28,370 bases of DNA from a virus (Duplodnaviria > Caudoviricetes), in the IMG/VR virus record IMGVR_UViG_3300037311_000260, positions 1-28,370 of that record; one strand, written 5' to 3'. Of the stretch, positions 1 through 7,761 are shown piece by piece (position 1 is the first letter of the stretch; every line of letters starts with the position of its first letter). A program made the translations under genes and the position numbers. The notes under the pieces were generated by a model. That model saw only the letters and a list, made by a program, of their open reading frames with translations, was not told where the DNA came from and made no database searches.

Positions 1-140
1 ATCCGGAAGACCTCATACAGCACCGGCACGATCACCGCCCCGCCGCCGACGCCGAACAGCCCCGCGAGCAGCCCCGTGGCGGCCCCGCCAGCGAGGAGCG
101 CCAACGCCATCAGCGCAAGTTCGAGGGCGGTGCTGGTCAT
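1..140 (-). CDS. Host sulfite exporter TauE/SafE (TSUP) family membrane protein, 5' part, truncated by the window edge
   Basis: My translation of the minus strand from ATG 140 gives MTSTALELALMALALLAGGAATGLLAGLFGVGGGAVIVPVLYEVFR, with the GxxxGLFGVGGGxxxVP signature. Not in the ORF track because it runs off the edge. Confidence 0.85.
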   Translation of the reverse strand, partial: MTSTALELALMALALLAGGAATGLLAGLFGVGGGAVIVPVLYEVFR

Positions 141-208
141 CACGCGGGGCTCTTGGCCGGCCGGGGGGCTTTGTGGCGGCCGGATCACCCTTGCGCCATC
201 GCAGCCGG

Positions 209-255
209 TGTAGCGCGCCCTGATCTTTGAGACTGATTGCCACGATCTTTGAGAC
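209..255. repeat. Prophage right end (attR) with two putative transposase-binding sites
   Basis: 5'-TGTAGCGC starts at 209. GCCCTGATCTTTGAGAC (217-233) and GCCACGATCTTTGAGAC (239-255) match at 15/17 with a 22-bp period, like Mu R1/R2. A host gene lies immediately outside. Confidence 0.8.
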
Positions 256-340
256 AACGCCAGCGCGCGGGTTTTCCCCGACTGGACGCGACGATGGTGC
301 GAATGGCACCACTGCGCGAGGGTCGGAGGGGTCGCTGCTG

Positions 341-640
341 ATGCTCCGTCGTGTCGCCAATCTCATTGCCTCGGCTGTTGCGCTCTCCATCGCCGCGGGA
401 CCTGCTCTCGCGCAATGCGTGCTGGACCCGGAGCCCTGCCGTGGCTGCGGATGCAAAGGTGGCCCTGGCTATCGAGAGATCGCGAGCGGCCGCTGCGTTG
501 GCTTCCGCGACATGCCCAAGAAGTGCGGCAATCCACCCTCGCTCGCCCTGTGCAGCTTTGAGAACGCCCCCGGCACCGGCGCGAACCGCGAGTGCGCGCT
601 CGCACCAAAGAACGGCAAGCGCGCAACCCTGGTGCCATAA
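341..640 (+). CDS. Small secreted cysteine-rich protein (moron)
   Basis: GGAGG at 326-330 precedes ATG 341. Signal peptide ends ...AGPALA/Q. Eight Cys, including CRGCGCKGGPGYR. Confidence 0.75.
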   Translation: MLRRVANLIASAVALSIAAGPALAQCVLDPEPCRGCGCKGGPGYREIASGRCVGFRDMPKKCGNPPSLALCSFENAPGTGANRECALAPKNGKRATLVP

Positions 641-666
641 AACGTCCGGTCGCGTGCTCCGTGCCA

Positions 667-1485
667 TCAGCGCGCCCCGCACCCTCCCCCTCCCCCCGAA
701 ATGATCAGTTCGCGGCCTTCCGTCGGCCGGCCGGAGGTCGAATAGGTCAGTTTCACCGGCTCGATCGCGGCCCAGCCGAAGATGCGCCTGACCTCCGGCA
801 CGTCGTTCAGGGTCAGGATGAAGCGGCCTTGCAGCCCGCGCAGGCGCTCCGCCAGCTCCTCGAATTCGGCGCGGGCGAACTGGCCCTTGCCGTAGTAATC
901 CTCGACGCCCCAATAGGGCGGGTCGATGAAAAACAGCGTGGTCGGGCGGTCCCAGCGCGCGATGAAGTCCTGCCAGCGCAGGCAGTCGATGTAGACGCCC
1001 GAGAGCCGCTCATGGGCGGCTTCCAGCAGCGGCACCAGCCGGGTCACGTCGAATTTGGCGGGGCTGGTGGTGGAGATGCCGAAGCTTCGGCCGTCGACCT
1101 TGCCGCCGAAGCTCATCTTCTGCAGGAACAGGAAGCGCGCGCTGCGCTCCAGATCGGTCAGCGTCTCCGGGTCTGTCTTGAGCAGGCGCTCGTAATCCGC
1201 GCGGCTGGCCACCTGCCATTTCAGCATGTCGAGCAACGCCTGGTCGTGGCGCTGCAGGATGCGGAAGAAGGTGGCGACGTCGCGGGAGCGGTCGTTCACC
1301 GCCTCCACCTTGGGCCGCTCGGCGCGGCGGAAGAAGACGCCGCCCATGCCGAGGAACGGTTCGGCATAGAGATCGTGCGCCGTTGCAGCGATGCGCGGTG
1401 TCAGCTCCTTGGCCAGCGCGCGCTTGCCGCCGACATAGCCGGCGAGGGTCGGAAGAGGTCTGACGTTCTCCACTTGTTCATACAT
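667..1485 (-). CDS. D12-class (Dam-like) DNA adenine methyltransferase
   Basis: Motifs YVGGK, EPFLGMGGVFF (SAM binding), VNDRS and IDPPY (catalytic). Occupies the mom position at the phage end. Start ATG 1485 or GTG 1473. Confidence 0.93.
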   Translation of the reverse strand: MYEQVENVRPLPTLAGYVGGKRALAKELTPRIAATAHDLYAEPFLGMGGVFFRRAERPKVEAVNDRSRDVATFFRILQRHDQALLDMLKWQVASRADYERLLKTDPETLTDLERSARFLFLQKMSFGGKVDGRSFGISTTSPAKFDVTRLVPLLEAAHERLSGVYIDCLRWQDFIARWDRPTTLFFIDPPYWGVEDYYGKGQFARAEFEELAERLRGLQGRFILTLNDVPEVRRIFGWAAIEPVKLTYSTSGRPTEGRELIISGGGGGCGAR

Positions 1486-1583
1486 CCCGAATCGGCCACC
1501 CATGATCCGCTGACGCGTCAGTCGGCGGGGCGGCGGTAAGGGTTTCTGACGCTGGGTGGGGCTTGCTTGCCGGCTGACCCACT

Positions 1584-1599
1584 GCGGGCTTCGGCCCGC
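1584..1599 (+). other. Stable hairpin GCGGGC-TTCG-GCCCGC (cUUCGg tetraloop) in the MTase/HEPN divergent intergenic region
   Basis: Perfect 6-bp stem closing a UUCG loop with a C-G pair. Confidence 0.5.
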
Positions 1600-1644
1600 C
1601 CCCGTTCGTTCAGTGTCCTGCAGGAGGGTGCCATAGACGATGAC

Positions 1645-2331
1645 GTGATCCCGACCCATCTGCCTCCCGACGAAATGACCAAAGCCATAGAAGCGGCCCC
1701 AGAAGCCTACTTCCCAGTGCTCGGAGAGTTCATCTCCAGATTCGCCGATCTCGATCTCTGCCTGTTCCGGCTTTTCAAGCTCCTGCTGCAACGTGACGAG
1801 CGGGTCGCCGCCGTGTTGTTTTATCGTAACAACGAGTTCGGCGGTCGGTTATCGATCGCCAATGCGTTGGCGTGCGAATGCCTTCCAGAAGATCGTTTGG
1901 TCGGGCAGTGGGCGAAACTCCGCGAGAGAATGAAGAGACACAGCGAGGTTAGAAACTTCGTTGCGCATCATCCGTTTAGTGTTCATCACTACATTGCAAT
2001 GGTCATTCAATCTGACGACAATGACGCCACCCCTCAACCGGTGTCCAAGACGTTTATGGGCGCTGCTTCGGTCGGTCCTGAAGGCAGAATCAACCCGAAG
2101 AAACAGGTCTGGGCAGACACAGTTTCAGGCGATCCGCACACCCCACTTCGACGGGTTGGTGTCAAACGCCTTAAGTCGGAGATGACCAAGCTGGTCGCTA
2201 CAAAGGCGGACCTCTTGACCTTCATCGAATATCTCGAAGCCAACTCTGCATCTCTGAACTCTCGCGTTCCGCCCGACGTTTGTGCGATGCGAAACGCTTC
2301 AACTCCAAAGACCTCTCACAAATACAAGTAA
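1645..2331 (+). CDS. Putative HEPN-domain protein (possible RNase or anti-phage moron)
   Basis: Antisense to the late operon and visibly lower in GC. Helical N-terminus LGEFISRFADLD and an R-x4-H motif RNFVAHH (1951-1971). Start uncertain (GTG 1645 or ATG 1675). Confidence 0.65.
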   Translation: MIPTHLPPDEMTKAIEAAPEAYFPVLGEFISRFADLDLCLFRLFKLLLQRDERVAAVLFYRNNEFGGRLSIANALACECLPEDRLVGQWAKLRERMKRHSEVRNFVAHHPFSVHHYIAMVIQSDDNDATPQPVSKTFMGAASVGPEGRINPKKQVWADTVSGDPHTPLRRVGVKRLKSEMTKLVATKADLLTFIEYLEANSASLNSRVPPDVCAMRNASTPKTSHKYK

Positions 2332-2340
2332 CTCGCCCCC

Positions 2341-2760
2341 TCACTCCTCCACCCCCGCCTCAATTTCTGCCTTACGCTCGGCCGTCAGCAGCCCGGCGCT
2401 GACGAGGAAGCCAAGCCCGTCGCGTGTGCTTGGATTGGCCACGTCGATCGAGACGAGGCGCGGGTCTTCGATGATTGAAAACCAGTCATCGAGTACGGCG
2501 GCGATACCTTTCTGCGTTTCACTTGTGCCCTTGTAGGCCCGGGCCGCGCGGATGGCGACGCGCTCCTGGCCCGTGAACAGCAGCAGGAACGTCGGAGGCG
2601 GAAAGACCGTGCGCTTGCCGCGAGCCACCTGCATGCTCTTGTCGTCGTCGGCATAGAGCACGCCGTCGGCCGTCCACGCCCGTATGCTCGCGTCATAAGC
2701 AATGTCGACGCCAGCGGGCGTTCTGGCGATGACGGTCTCGCCTCGCATCAGGATAGCCAT
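2341..2760 (-). CDS. Tail-fibre-associated assembly or chaperone-like protein
   Basis: GAGGAGG RBS. Follows the fibre genes. Pattern FLLLFTGQERVAIR...IDVANPSTRDGLGFLVSAGLLTAERKAEI resembles small proteins found after fibre genes. Confidence 0.65.
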   Translation of the reverse strand: MAILMRGETVIARTPAGVDIAYDASIRAWTADGVLYADDDKSMQVARGKRTVFPPPTFLLLFTGQERVAIRAARAYKGTSETQKGIAAVLDDWFSIIEDPRLVSIDVANPSTRDGLGFLVSAGLLTAERKAEIEAGVEE

Positions 2761-2770
2761 CTCAACCTCC

Positions 2771-4483
2771 TCAGATCATGCCTTGCAGCGCCACTTGGTT
2801 CTCGATGAGCCTCACGCGTGGCCCGGGTGGCGTCGCGTTGCGACCATCGATAGTCATCCCACTGAAATTGAGCCTCTGTTCAGGCGGCAGGTCGAAGACC
2901 CCCGATGTCTGCACGGTCATGACATCGCCTGCCGCCGCGCCAGCGGGCGCGACGCCCAGAATGCTCGCCCGCGCCGGATGGTAGACCCCGCGGAACAGGG
3001 CTCCGTTGTCGGCCTGCATGATGTAGAGCTGCCCGGTCGGCAGAAGCGTGCTGTAGAGTTCCAACGGGACGTTCGTGCCCGCGCGGATGTTATGCAAGGC
3101 GCCCGTGAAATTCAGGTTCGGCGTGACCGCCAAGACATCCGCCCGCCAGGTTGACACAGCGCCGTGGGGCGGCGTCGTCGTATCGGCGGGTTTGGAGACC
3201 ACGGCGAAGCCCGCCGGGCCCATGGAATAGGCTCTGATCTGGCTCGTCAGGCGCTGAGTGTGGGACATCAACATCAGTGTCGTCATCGGCGTGATGATGT
3301 TGCCCCAGGCATCGAGGCGGATCGCGCTGAGCCCCATTGCGGCGGCGAAACCAAACATCACGAAATTGCCGCTGCTTTCAGCCACCACATCGATCACGTC
3401 GTGGGCGAACCCATAGCTGGCCGGCGCAGCGATCAGGGACCCTGCGGCTGAATAGATGGCGATATCGCCGCCCAATCGCGTCGCGACCACCAGGCGGCCG
3501 TTGGCCAATTCCCACACGTTCTGCTCGCGCGAGCTGTCCTCGGCCAGTGGCCAGGCGTTGTTGTTGATTGTGACGCGCCCCCAGACTTGGGTCAGGTTTG
3601 CGGTGACGCGGTACATTGAATAGGGGCCAGCGGACCGCTGAGCATAGGCAATCACCAGGTCGCCATTCGCGCAGCGCGTGAGCGTGAGCGCGTGGGTCTG
3701 GCCGTTCGTGGCTGACCCTTGGGGCAAGTTCAGCGGAGATCCGACGGTGCCGCCGGTGTTGGAGAACCGCTCTGCTTGCAGAGCGGCTTCACCGTTGAAG
3801 GGCGCGCCGACGATGTTGAGGCCGGAGAGGCTCACCACCACGTAGCCGGTCGCGTCACTGACGAGGCTCCAGCTGCTGCCAGTCTGGCGTGCATCCGTCA
3901 TGATCGACAGGCCAGTGTCCGCGGTCACCGCCGCGCCGGTCGGGTCGTAAATCCTTTGTCTCAGCACCGAGTTTTCGATCCAGACAACCACAAAATTGCC
4001 GTTGGCGAGTGCGGCCACACGTGCATAGGGGCGCTGGCTCAAATTCGCCTTGACCACGACCTCGGCTGGCACGGTGCGGCCCTGGAGCGCGTCGATCAAC
4101 ACGGTGAGCTGCCAGGTCGAGCCGGTGACCATCGCCCAAACGCTCACGACGGAGCCGCCGGCCAGCACGGCCATGCGGCCATGAACGTGCAGACCGTTCA
4201 TGTGCGCGTCGCCGGCCGTGATCGGGGACACATTGTAGGCGATGGAACCATGCACGCGCTGCAGTGGCATCGCGGCCTGAACGCCCTGGTTGGGCGAGAT
4301 TTCGCTCGCTGCTTGCTGCAGATCGGACAGGTAGCGCCAGGCCTGCCGTGCGCCGCCTTGCTCGGTCAGGGTCACCAGCGCTCCTGCCGACACCGACGTC
4401 AGAGCCCGGACGCGGGTGAACGTGGGATTGGCGGCCGGATCGACCGATGACGAGACGAGCGGTTCATCCAGAATGCGTGGCAT
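2771..4483 (-). CDS. Putative receptor-binding or fibre-tip protein, beta-rich (propeller-like)
   Basis: 570 aa in the fibre cassette. Repeated blade-like motifs (VAALANGNFVVVW, RCANGDLVIAY, ELANGRLVV, AESSGNFVMF). Confidence 0.65.
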   Translation of the reverse strand: MPRILDEPLVSSSVDPAANPTFTRVRALTSVSAGALVTLTEQGGARQAWRYLSDLQQAASEISPNQGVQAAMPLQRVHGSIAYNVSPITAGDAHMNGLHVHGRMAVLAGGSVVSVWAMVTGSTWQLTVLIDALQGRTVPAEVVVKANLSQRPYARVAALANGNFVVVWIENSVLRQRIYDPTGAAVTADTGLSIMTDARQTGSSWSLVSDATGYVVVSLSGLNIVGAPFNGEAALQAERFSNTGGTVGSPLNLPQGSATNGQTHALTLTRCANGDLVIAYAQRSAGPYSMYRVTANLTQVWGRVTINNNAWPLAEDSSREQNVWELANGRLVVATRLGGDIAIYSAAGSLIAAPASYGFAHDVIDVVAESSGNFVMFGFAAAMGLSAIRLDAWGNIITPMTTLMLMSHTQRLTSQIRAYSMGPAGFAVVSKPADTTTPPHGAVSTWRADVLAVTPNLNFTGALHNIRAGTNVPLELYSTLLPTGQLYIMQADNGALFRGVYHPARASILGVAPAGAAAGDVMTVQTSGVFDLPPEQRLNFSGMTIDGRNATPPGPRVRLIENQVALQGMI

Positions 4484-4486
4484 CGA

Positions 4487-4792
4487 TCAGGCTCCCCAGC
4501 AGACGGCGTTGACGGAGGCGAGCGAGGATCGCCCGACCAGGAATTGATTGGGGCCAAGCGTGATCGCCCAGCGCTCCAGCACGCCGCCGCCGCGCACCGG
4601 ACGATCCCACTCGATCGCGTTGGCGGCCGAAGCCGAACCGCCCTGCGGCACCACATGGAGCCGGATATTGGCGGTTAAGCCGTTGCGGTTGCAGAGGTTG
4701 ACGTTGATCGTCAGATCGCCGCCGCTGGTGTTCGTGAACAGCGGCGTGTCGGTGTTTGGCGCGGCGATATCGACGCCCGGGAAGGCTGGCAT
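4487..4792 (-). CDS. Small beta-sandwich virion or adaptor protein
   Basis: AGGAG RBS before ATG 4792. 101 aa MPAFPGVDIAAPNTDT...VNLCNR...LER...VCWGA, packed tightly between two fibre genes. Confidence 0.7.
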   Translation of the reverse strand: MPAFPGVDIAAPNTDTPLFTNTSGGDLTINVNLCNRNGLTANIRLHVVPQGGSASAANAIEWDRPVRGGGVLERWAITLGPNQFLVGRSSLASVNAVCWGA

Positions 4793-4800
4793 GATGGCTC

Positions 4801-5931
4801 CTATTGTCCGAGATGCAGGGCTTGGCCACGCGTCAGACCGGGGCTCCAGATTGACCATCCGCCCGCCGTGCGCTGCCAGAACAGGTCGCTGTCCTGCGCC
4901 CGCACGAGCGTGTCGACGGGCGCGGCCGCGAAGACCCAGTTCGCGCCGGTCCATTGCGCCAGGTGGTGCGGGCGACTGGCCCACAGACCAGAGGGCGCCG
5001 CGCCGATGACATGAATGTCATTCGCGGCCGGCGAGCCGGGCGGTGCATTGATGGCGACGCTGTTGACAGCGAGGAACGGCAAGCGGCGGAACTGGCTGAT
5101 ATCCACCGCGCCGCCAATGCCGGCGAGGCGGGCGTCGAGCGCGGCGTCCAGTGTGGCCGGGGTAATCGCGTCGGTGGCATTCGTGCCCTCGATCGCCTCC
5201 GCTAAGGTGGCGAGCGTGATCAACCCGGCCGCCGTCTCCGTCGCCGAAAAAGGCACCCAGGCGGTGGCGGTGCGGCGCAGGTAAACGCCCGTGTCGATGG
5301 CGTGGACCACGGTGCCGGCCGGGGCCGGCGTGATCGACCAGTCCAGCCCCGTCCATTGCGCCAGCGCGCCAGCCAGCCCGAGCCATGCGCCGATTGCGCC
5401 TGCCGCAATCACATAGGTCGCGCCGGGCGCGGGCGAGACCGGCGGGGTGAACACGGTCGCGCTCTCGACCGCAATGAACGGAGGCCGCAGCAGCCGCGCC
5501 AGCGGCACCTGAGCTGCGGCGGTCAGGGTGATCGAAATATTCGCCTGCCCCGTCACCGGGAAGGTGATGTCAGTGAAAACGGAGAGCGCTGTTCCACCAG
5601 GGCCCTCGAATTCGGCGACGGGATGGCTCGAAATGGCGATCATGTCGCCCGCAGTGTCGAACACCGCCATCTCGCGCATAAAGAACGGCCCCTGATCACC
5701 AGGGATTTCCGTCTGGATGCGCCACATCGAAGGGTTGACGCTGTCGCGCGCTGAAAGCGTGATCGGGTAGGCTTGGCCCACGCGCCGCACCAGGTCGGTC
5801 ATCAGCCGTGTCGGGGTGATAGGCGCGCCATTGCCGTCGCCAATGCGCACCAGATGCGGTGTCACCACCTGCCCGCCAAAGCTCGCAGCGACTTTCGCCT
5901 CGCCGATCGCTGTCAAAATGCCGATGCTCAT
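4801..5931 (-). CDS. Tail fibre protein (tail-collar N-terminus plus two DUF2793-like repeats)
   Basis: N-terminus LTAIGEAK...IGDGNG...GPFFMREMAVFDTAGDMIAI. Two PPxSPAxGxxxVIxAxxxGxW...LAQWTG repeats flank an ATETAAGLITLAT fibre motif. Confidence 0.85.
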   Translation of the reverse strand: MSIGILTAIGEAKVAASFGGQVVTPHLVRIGDGNGAPITPTRLMTDLVRRVGQAYPITLSARDSVNPSMWRIQTEIPGDQGPFFMREMAVFDTAGDMIAISSHPVAEFEGPGGTALSVFTDITFPVTGQANISITLTAAAQVPLARLLRPPFIAVESATVFTPPVSPAPGATYVIAAGAIGAWLGLAGALAQWTGLDWSITPAPAGTVVHAIDTGVYLRRTATAWVPFSATETAAGLITLATLAEAIEGTNATDAITPATLDAALDARLAGIGGAVDISQFRRLPFLAVNSVAINAPPGSPAANDIHVIGAAPSGLWASRPHHLAQWTGANWVFAAAPVDTLVRAQDSDLFWQRTAGGWSIWSPGLTRGQALHLGQ

Positions 5932-5941
5932 GCTGGGCCTT

Positions 5942-6628
5942 TCATGCTGTCCGCGTCCGGAAGGTCAGCCTCGTGGCCAGCCCCATGCCCACGTTGAGGC
6001 CCACCACAGCGCGCAGACGGGGCGGCTCCGGCGCGGGCGCTTCGGGGGGAGGCAACACGGGGCTGCGAAACTGCAGACGACTGGTCAGCGCCATGCCAAT
6101 GTGAATGAGGACGGGTGGCGCCTGGCTCGCGATCTCGAAGCCGATCTCCTGCGAGGCGCGCTGCGTGTGCCTCACCATGCGCCCGATCGCGCGGTTAAGC
6201 CGCGCGGTGATCGCCACGCCCTCGTCGGGAAACACAGCCCGGTCGAGCGCGATGCGCACGCGGTGCGTGCCGGGCTGGGCGGGCGGGGTAGCCTGGAACC
6301 ACTGCGTCCAGCGCACCACGCGCACGCCGATCAGCGCGAGCCCGAGCCGCACGCCGCGCACATAGCCGATCTCGCCGTGCAGCGCGAAGCTGCCCCGCAG
6401 CAGGGCCCGCTGCGTCGCTTCCGGCATGCCGGGCTCGATGAATTTATGCAGGCCGAACTCGCGGATCAGAAAGGGCAGCGCCGACCCATCGACAGTGTCG
6501 AGCCGCTCGAACAGCAGCGCCCGAAAATCAGGGTCGGCCAAGGCGAGCCGCGCCGCCTCGGCGAAGGCGCGCCCGCGAGCGTCGGCGACGGACGGTGGAA
6601 CGAGCCTGCGATCGAAGCGCGCGCTCAT
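5942..6628 (-). CDS. Baseplate/tail protein, P2 gpI-like
   Basis: LDTVDGSALPFLIREF...LHGEIGYVRGVRLGL...WFQ. ATGA overlap with the gpJ stop. Confidence 0.8.
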   Translation of the reverse strand: MSARFDRRLVPPSVADARGRAFAEAARLALADPDFRALLFERLDTVDGSALPFLIREFGLHKFIEPGMPEATQRALLRGSFALHGEIGYVRGVRLGLALIGVRVVRWTQWFQATPPAQPGTHRVRIALDRAVFPDEGVAITARLNRAIGRMVRHTQRASQEIGFEIASQAPPVLIHIGMALTSRLQFRSPVLPPPEAPAPEPPRLRAVVGLNVGMGLATRLTFRTRTA

Positions 6629-7761
6629 GGCAGCCACACCATGGTGATGGTGAGGGAGGTCACCGCGAGGAACTCGCTTTCGCCGAGCTGCTGGAAGGGC
6701 AAACCCTCGCACGCCACATCGACCACGCCGGGCAGCCGCCGCACCACCGCCTCCAGATCATGCGGCGCGACCAGCGCCGCGAGCCGCTGCGACCAAGCGG
6801 CCAGCAGCGCCTCGGCCGCCGCGCGCGCGTCCGTCGCGAGGCTGGCCGCGCCGGCGCGGGCACGCACCGTCAGCACCGGCGACCGGTTGACGGCCGTCGG
6901 AGGCAGGACAGCGACGAGGTCGCCGAACCGGTTTTCGAGCGCCCGCTCGGTCTCGAAGGCCGCGAGCACGGCGGCGCGCACATCCGCGCCGGCCGCGCCT
7001 GTGGCGAGGAGCGGGTAGAGGTTGACATGGCAGGGCTGAGGCCGCGTCACCCCGCAGTCGACGATCGCGCTGGAGACCCCCATCGCCGTCTCGCGATACC
7101 AGCCATAGCCGCCGCCGGATGAGACACGATCGAAGGCGTTGGCGACCCGCAGACGATAGGCCTCTTCGCTTTCCGGGTCGGCCCCGCCCTCGCTCGGGGT
7201 CAGATTGCTCACGGTCAGCGCGCCGACCGGCTGGGTGAGGGTGTTGATCTGGCCGGGCAAATAGCCGTTGCCGGCCGCTCCGGAAGAGACGGCCTCCGCC
7301 GCCACATCCGCCGTCAGAAGCCCCGCGCGGATCACCAGCGGCGCGAGCGTCGCGAAGGGCGGCCCATTCGGAGCCTTGACCTGGGTGCCGGCCGGGATGA
7401 GGACATTGGCGTTGGAGGCGATGGTGAGCGAAAAACGCACCGTGCAGCGGGCTTTCGCGGCCGGCAGCCGCTGCGTGGAGCGGTTGGCCCCCAGCCGGTC
7501 GAGCCCCTCGCCCGTGGCGAAGGCGACCAGATGCTGCTCGCAGGTCAGCTGCGCCTCGGTGCCAAGCACGCTCATGGCGTAGGCCAAGGCCTCGATCAGC
7601 AGCATCTCGACCTGCATGGGATAGAGCGTGCGGCCGGAGGCCTGCTCGAACCATGCGACGAGGCGCGGCTTCCACGTCGCCGGATCGGTGGTGAAGATCT
7701 GGGGCGGCGGCAAGGCCGCGAGCGCCTCCAGCGAATAGGGGCCGGGATCGTCACGCCGCAC
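6625..7761 (-). CDS. Baseplate wedge protein J (P2 gpJ / Mu gp47 family)
   Basis: FATGEGLDRLG, GAAGNG and GGADPESEEAYRLR motifs. GTG 7761 with a GGGAG RBS. Confidence 0.93.
   Translation of the reverse strand: MRRDDPGPYSLEALAALPPPQIFTTDPATWKPRLVAWFEQASGRTLYPMQVEMLLIEALAYAMSVLGTEAQLTCEQHLVAFATGEGLDRLGANRSTQRLPAAKARCTVRFSLTIASNANVLIPAGTQVKAPNGPPFATLAPLVIRAGLLTADVAAEAVSSGAAGNGYLPGQINTLTQPVGALTVSNLTPSEGGADPESEEAYRLRVANAFDRVSSGGGYGWYRETAMGVSSAIVDCGVTRPQPCHVNLYPLLATGAAGADVRAAVLAAFETERALENRFGDLVAVLPPTAVNRSPVLTVRARAGAASLATDARAAAEALLAAWSQRLAALVAPHDLEAVVRRLPGVVDVACEGLPFQQLGESEFLAVTSLTITMVWLP

Noticed and set aside
674-697. C-rich tract at the MTase 3' end as a G-quadruplex or contingency locus
   Set aside because: The runs are short and interrupted, encode the terminal GGGGG, and are unremarkable at this GC content.
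1486-1791. N-terminal extension of the methyltransferase in the ORF track (374 aa)
   Set aside because: It overlaps the + strand HEPN gene and the structured intergenic region; MTase similarity begins only near 1485.
2332-5931. Invertible G-segment with gix sites
   Set aside because: No invertase, no oppositely oriented alternative fibre genes, and no flanking inverted repeats were seen.
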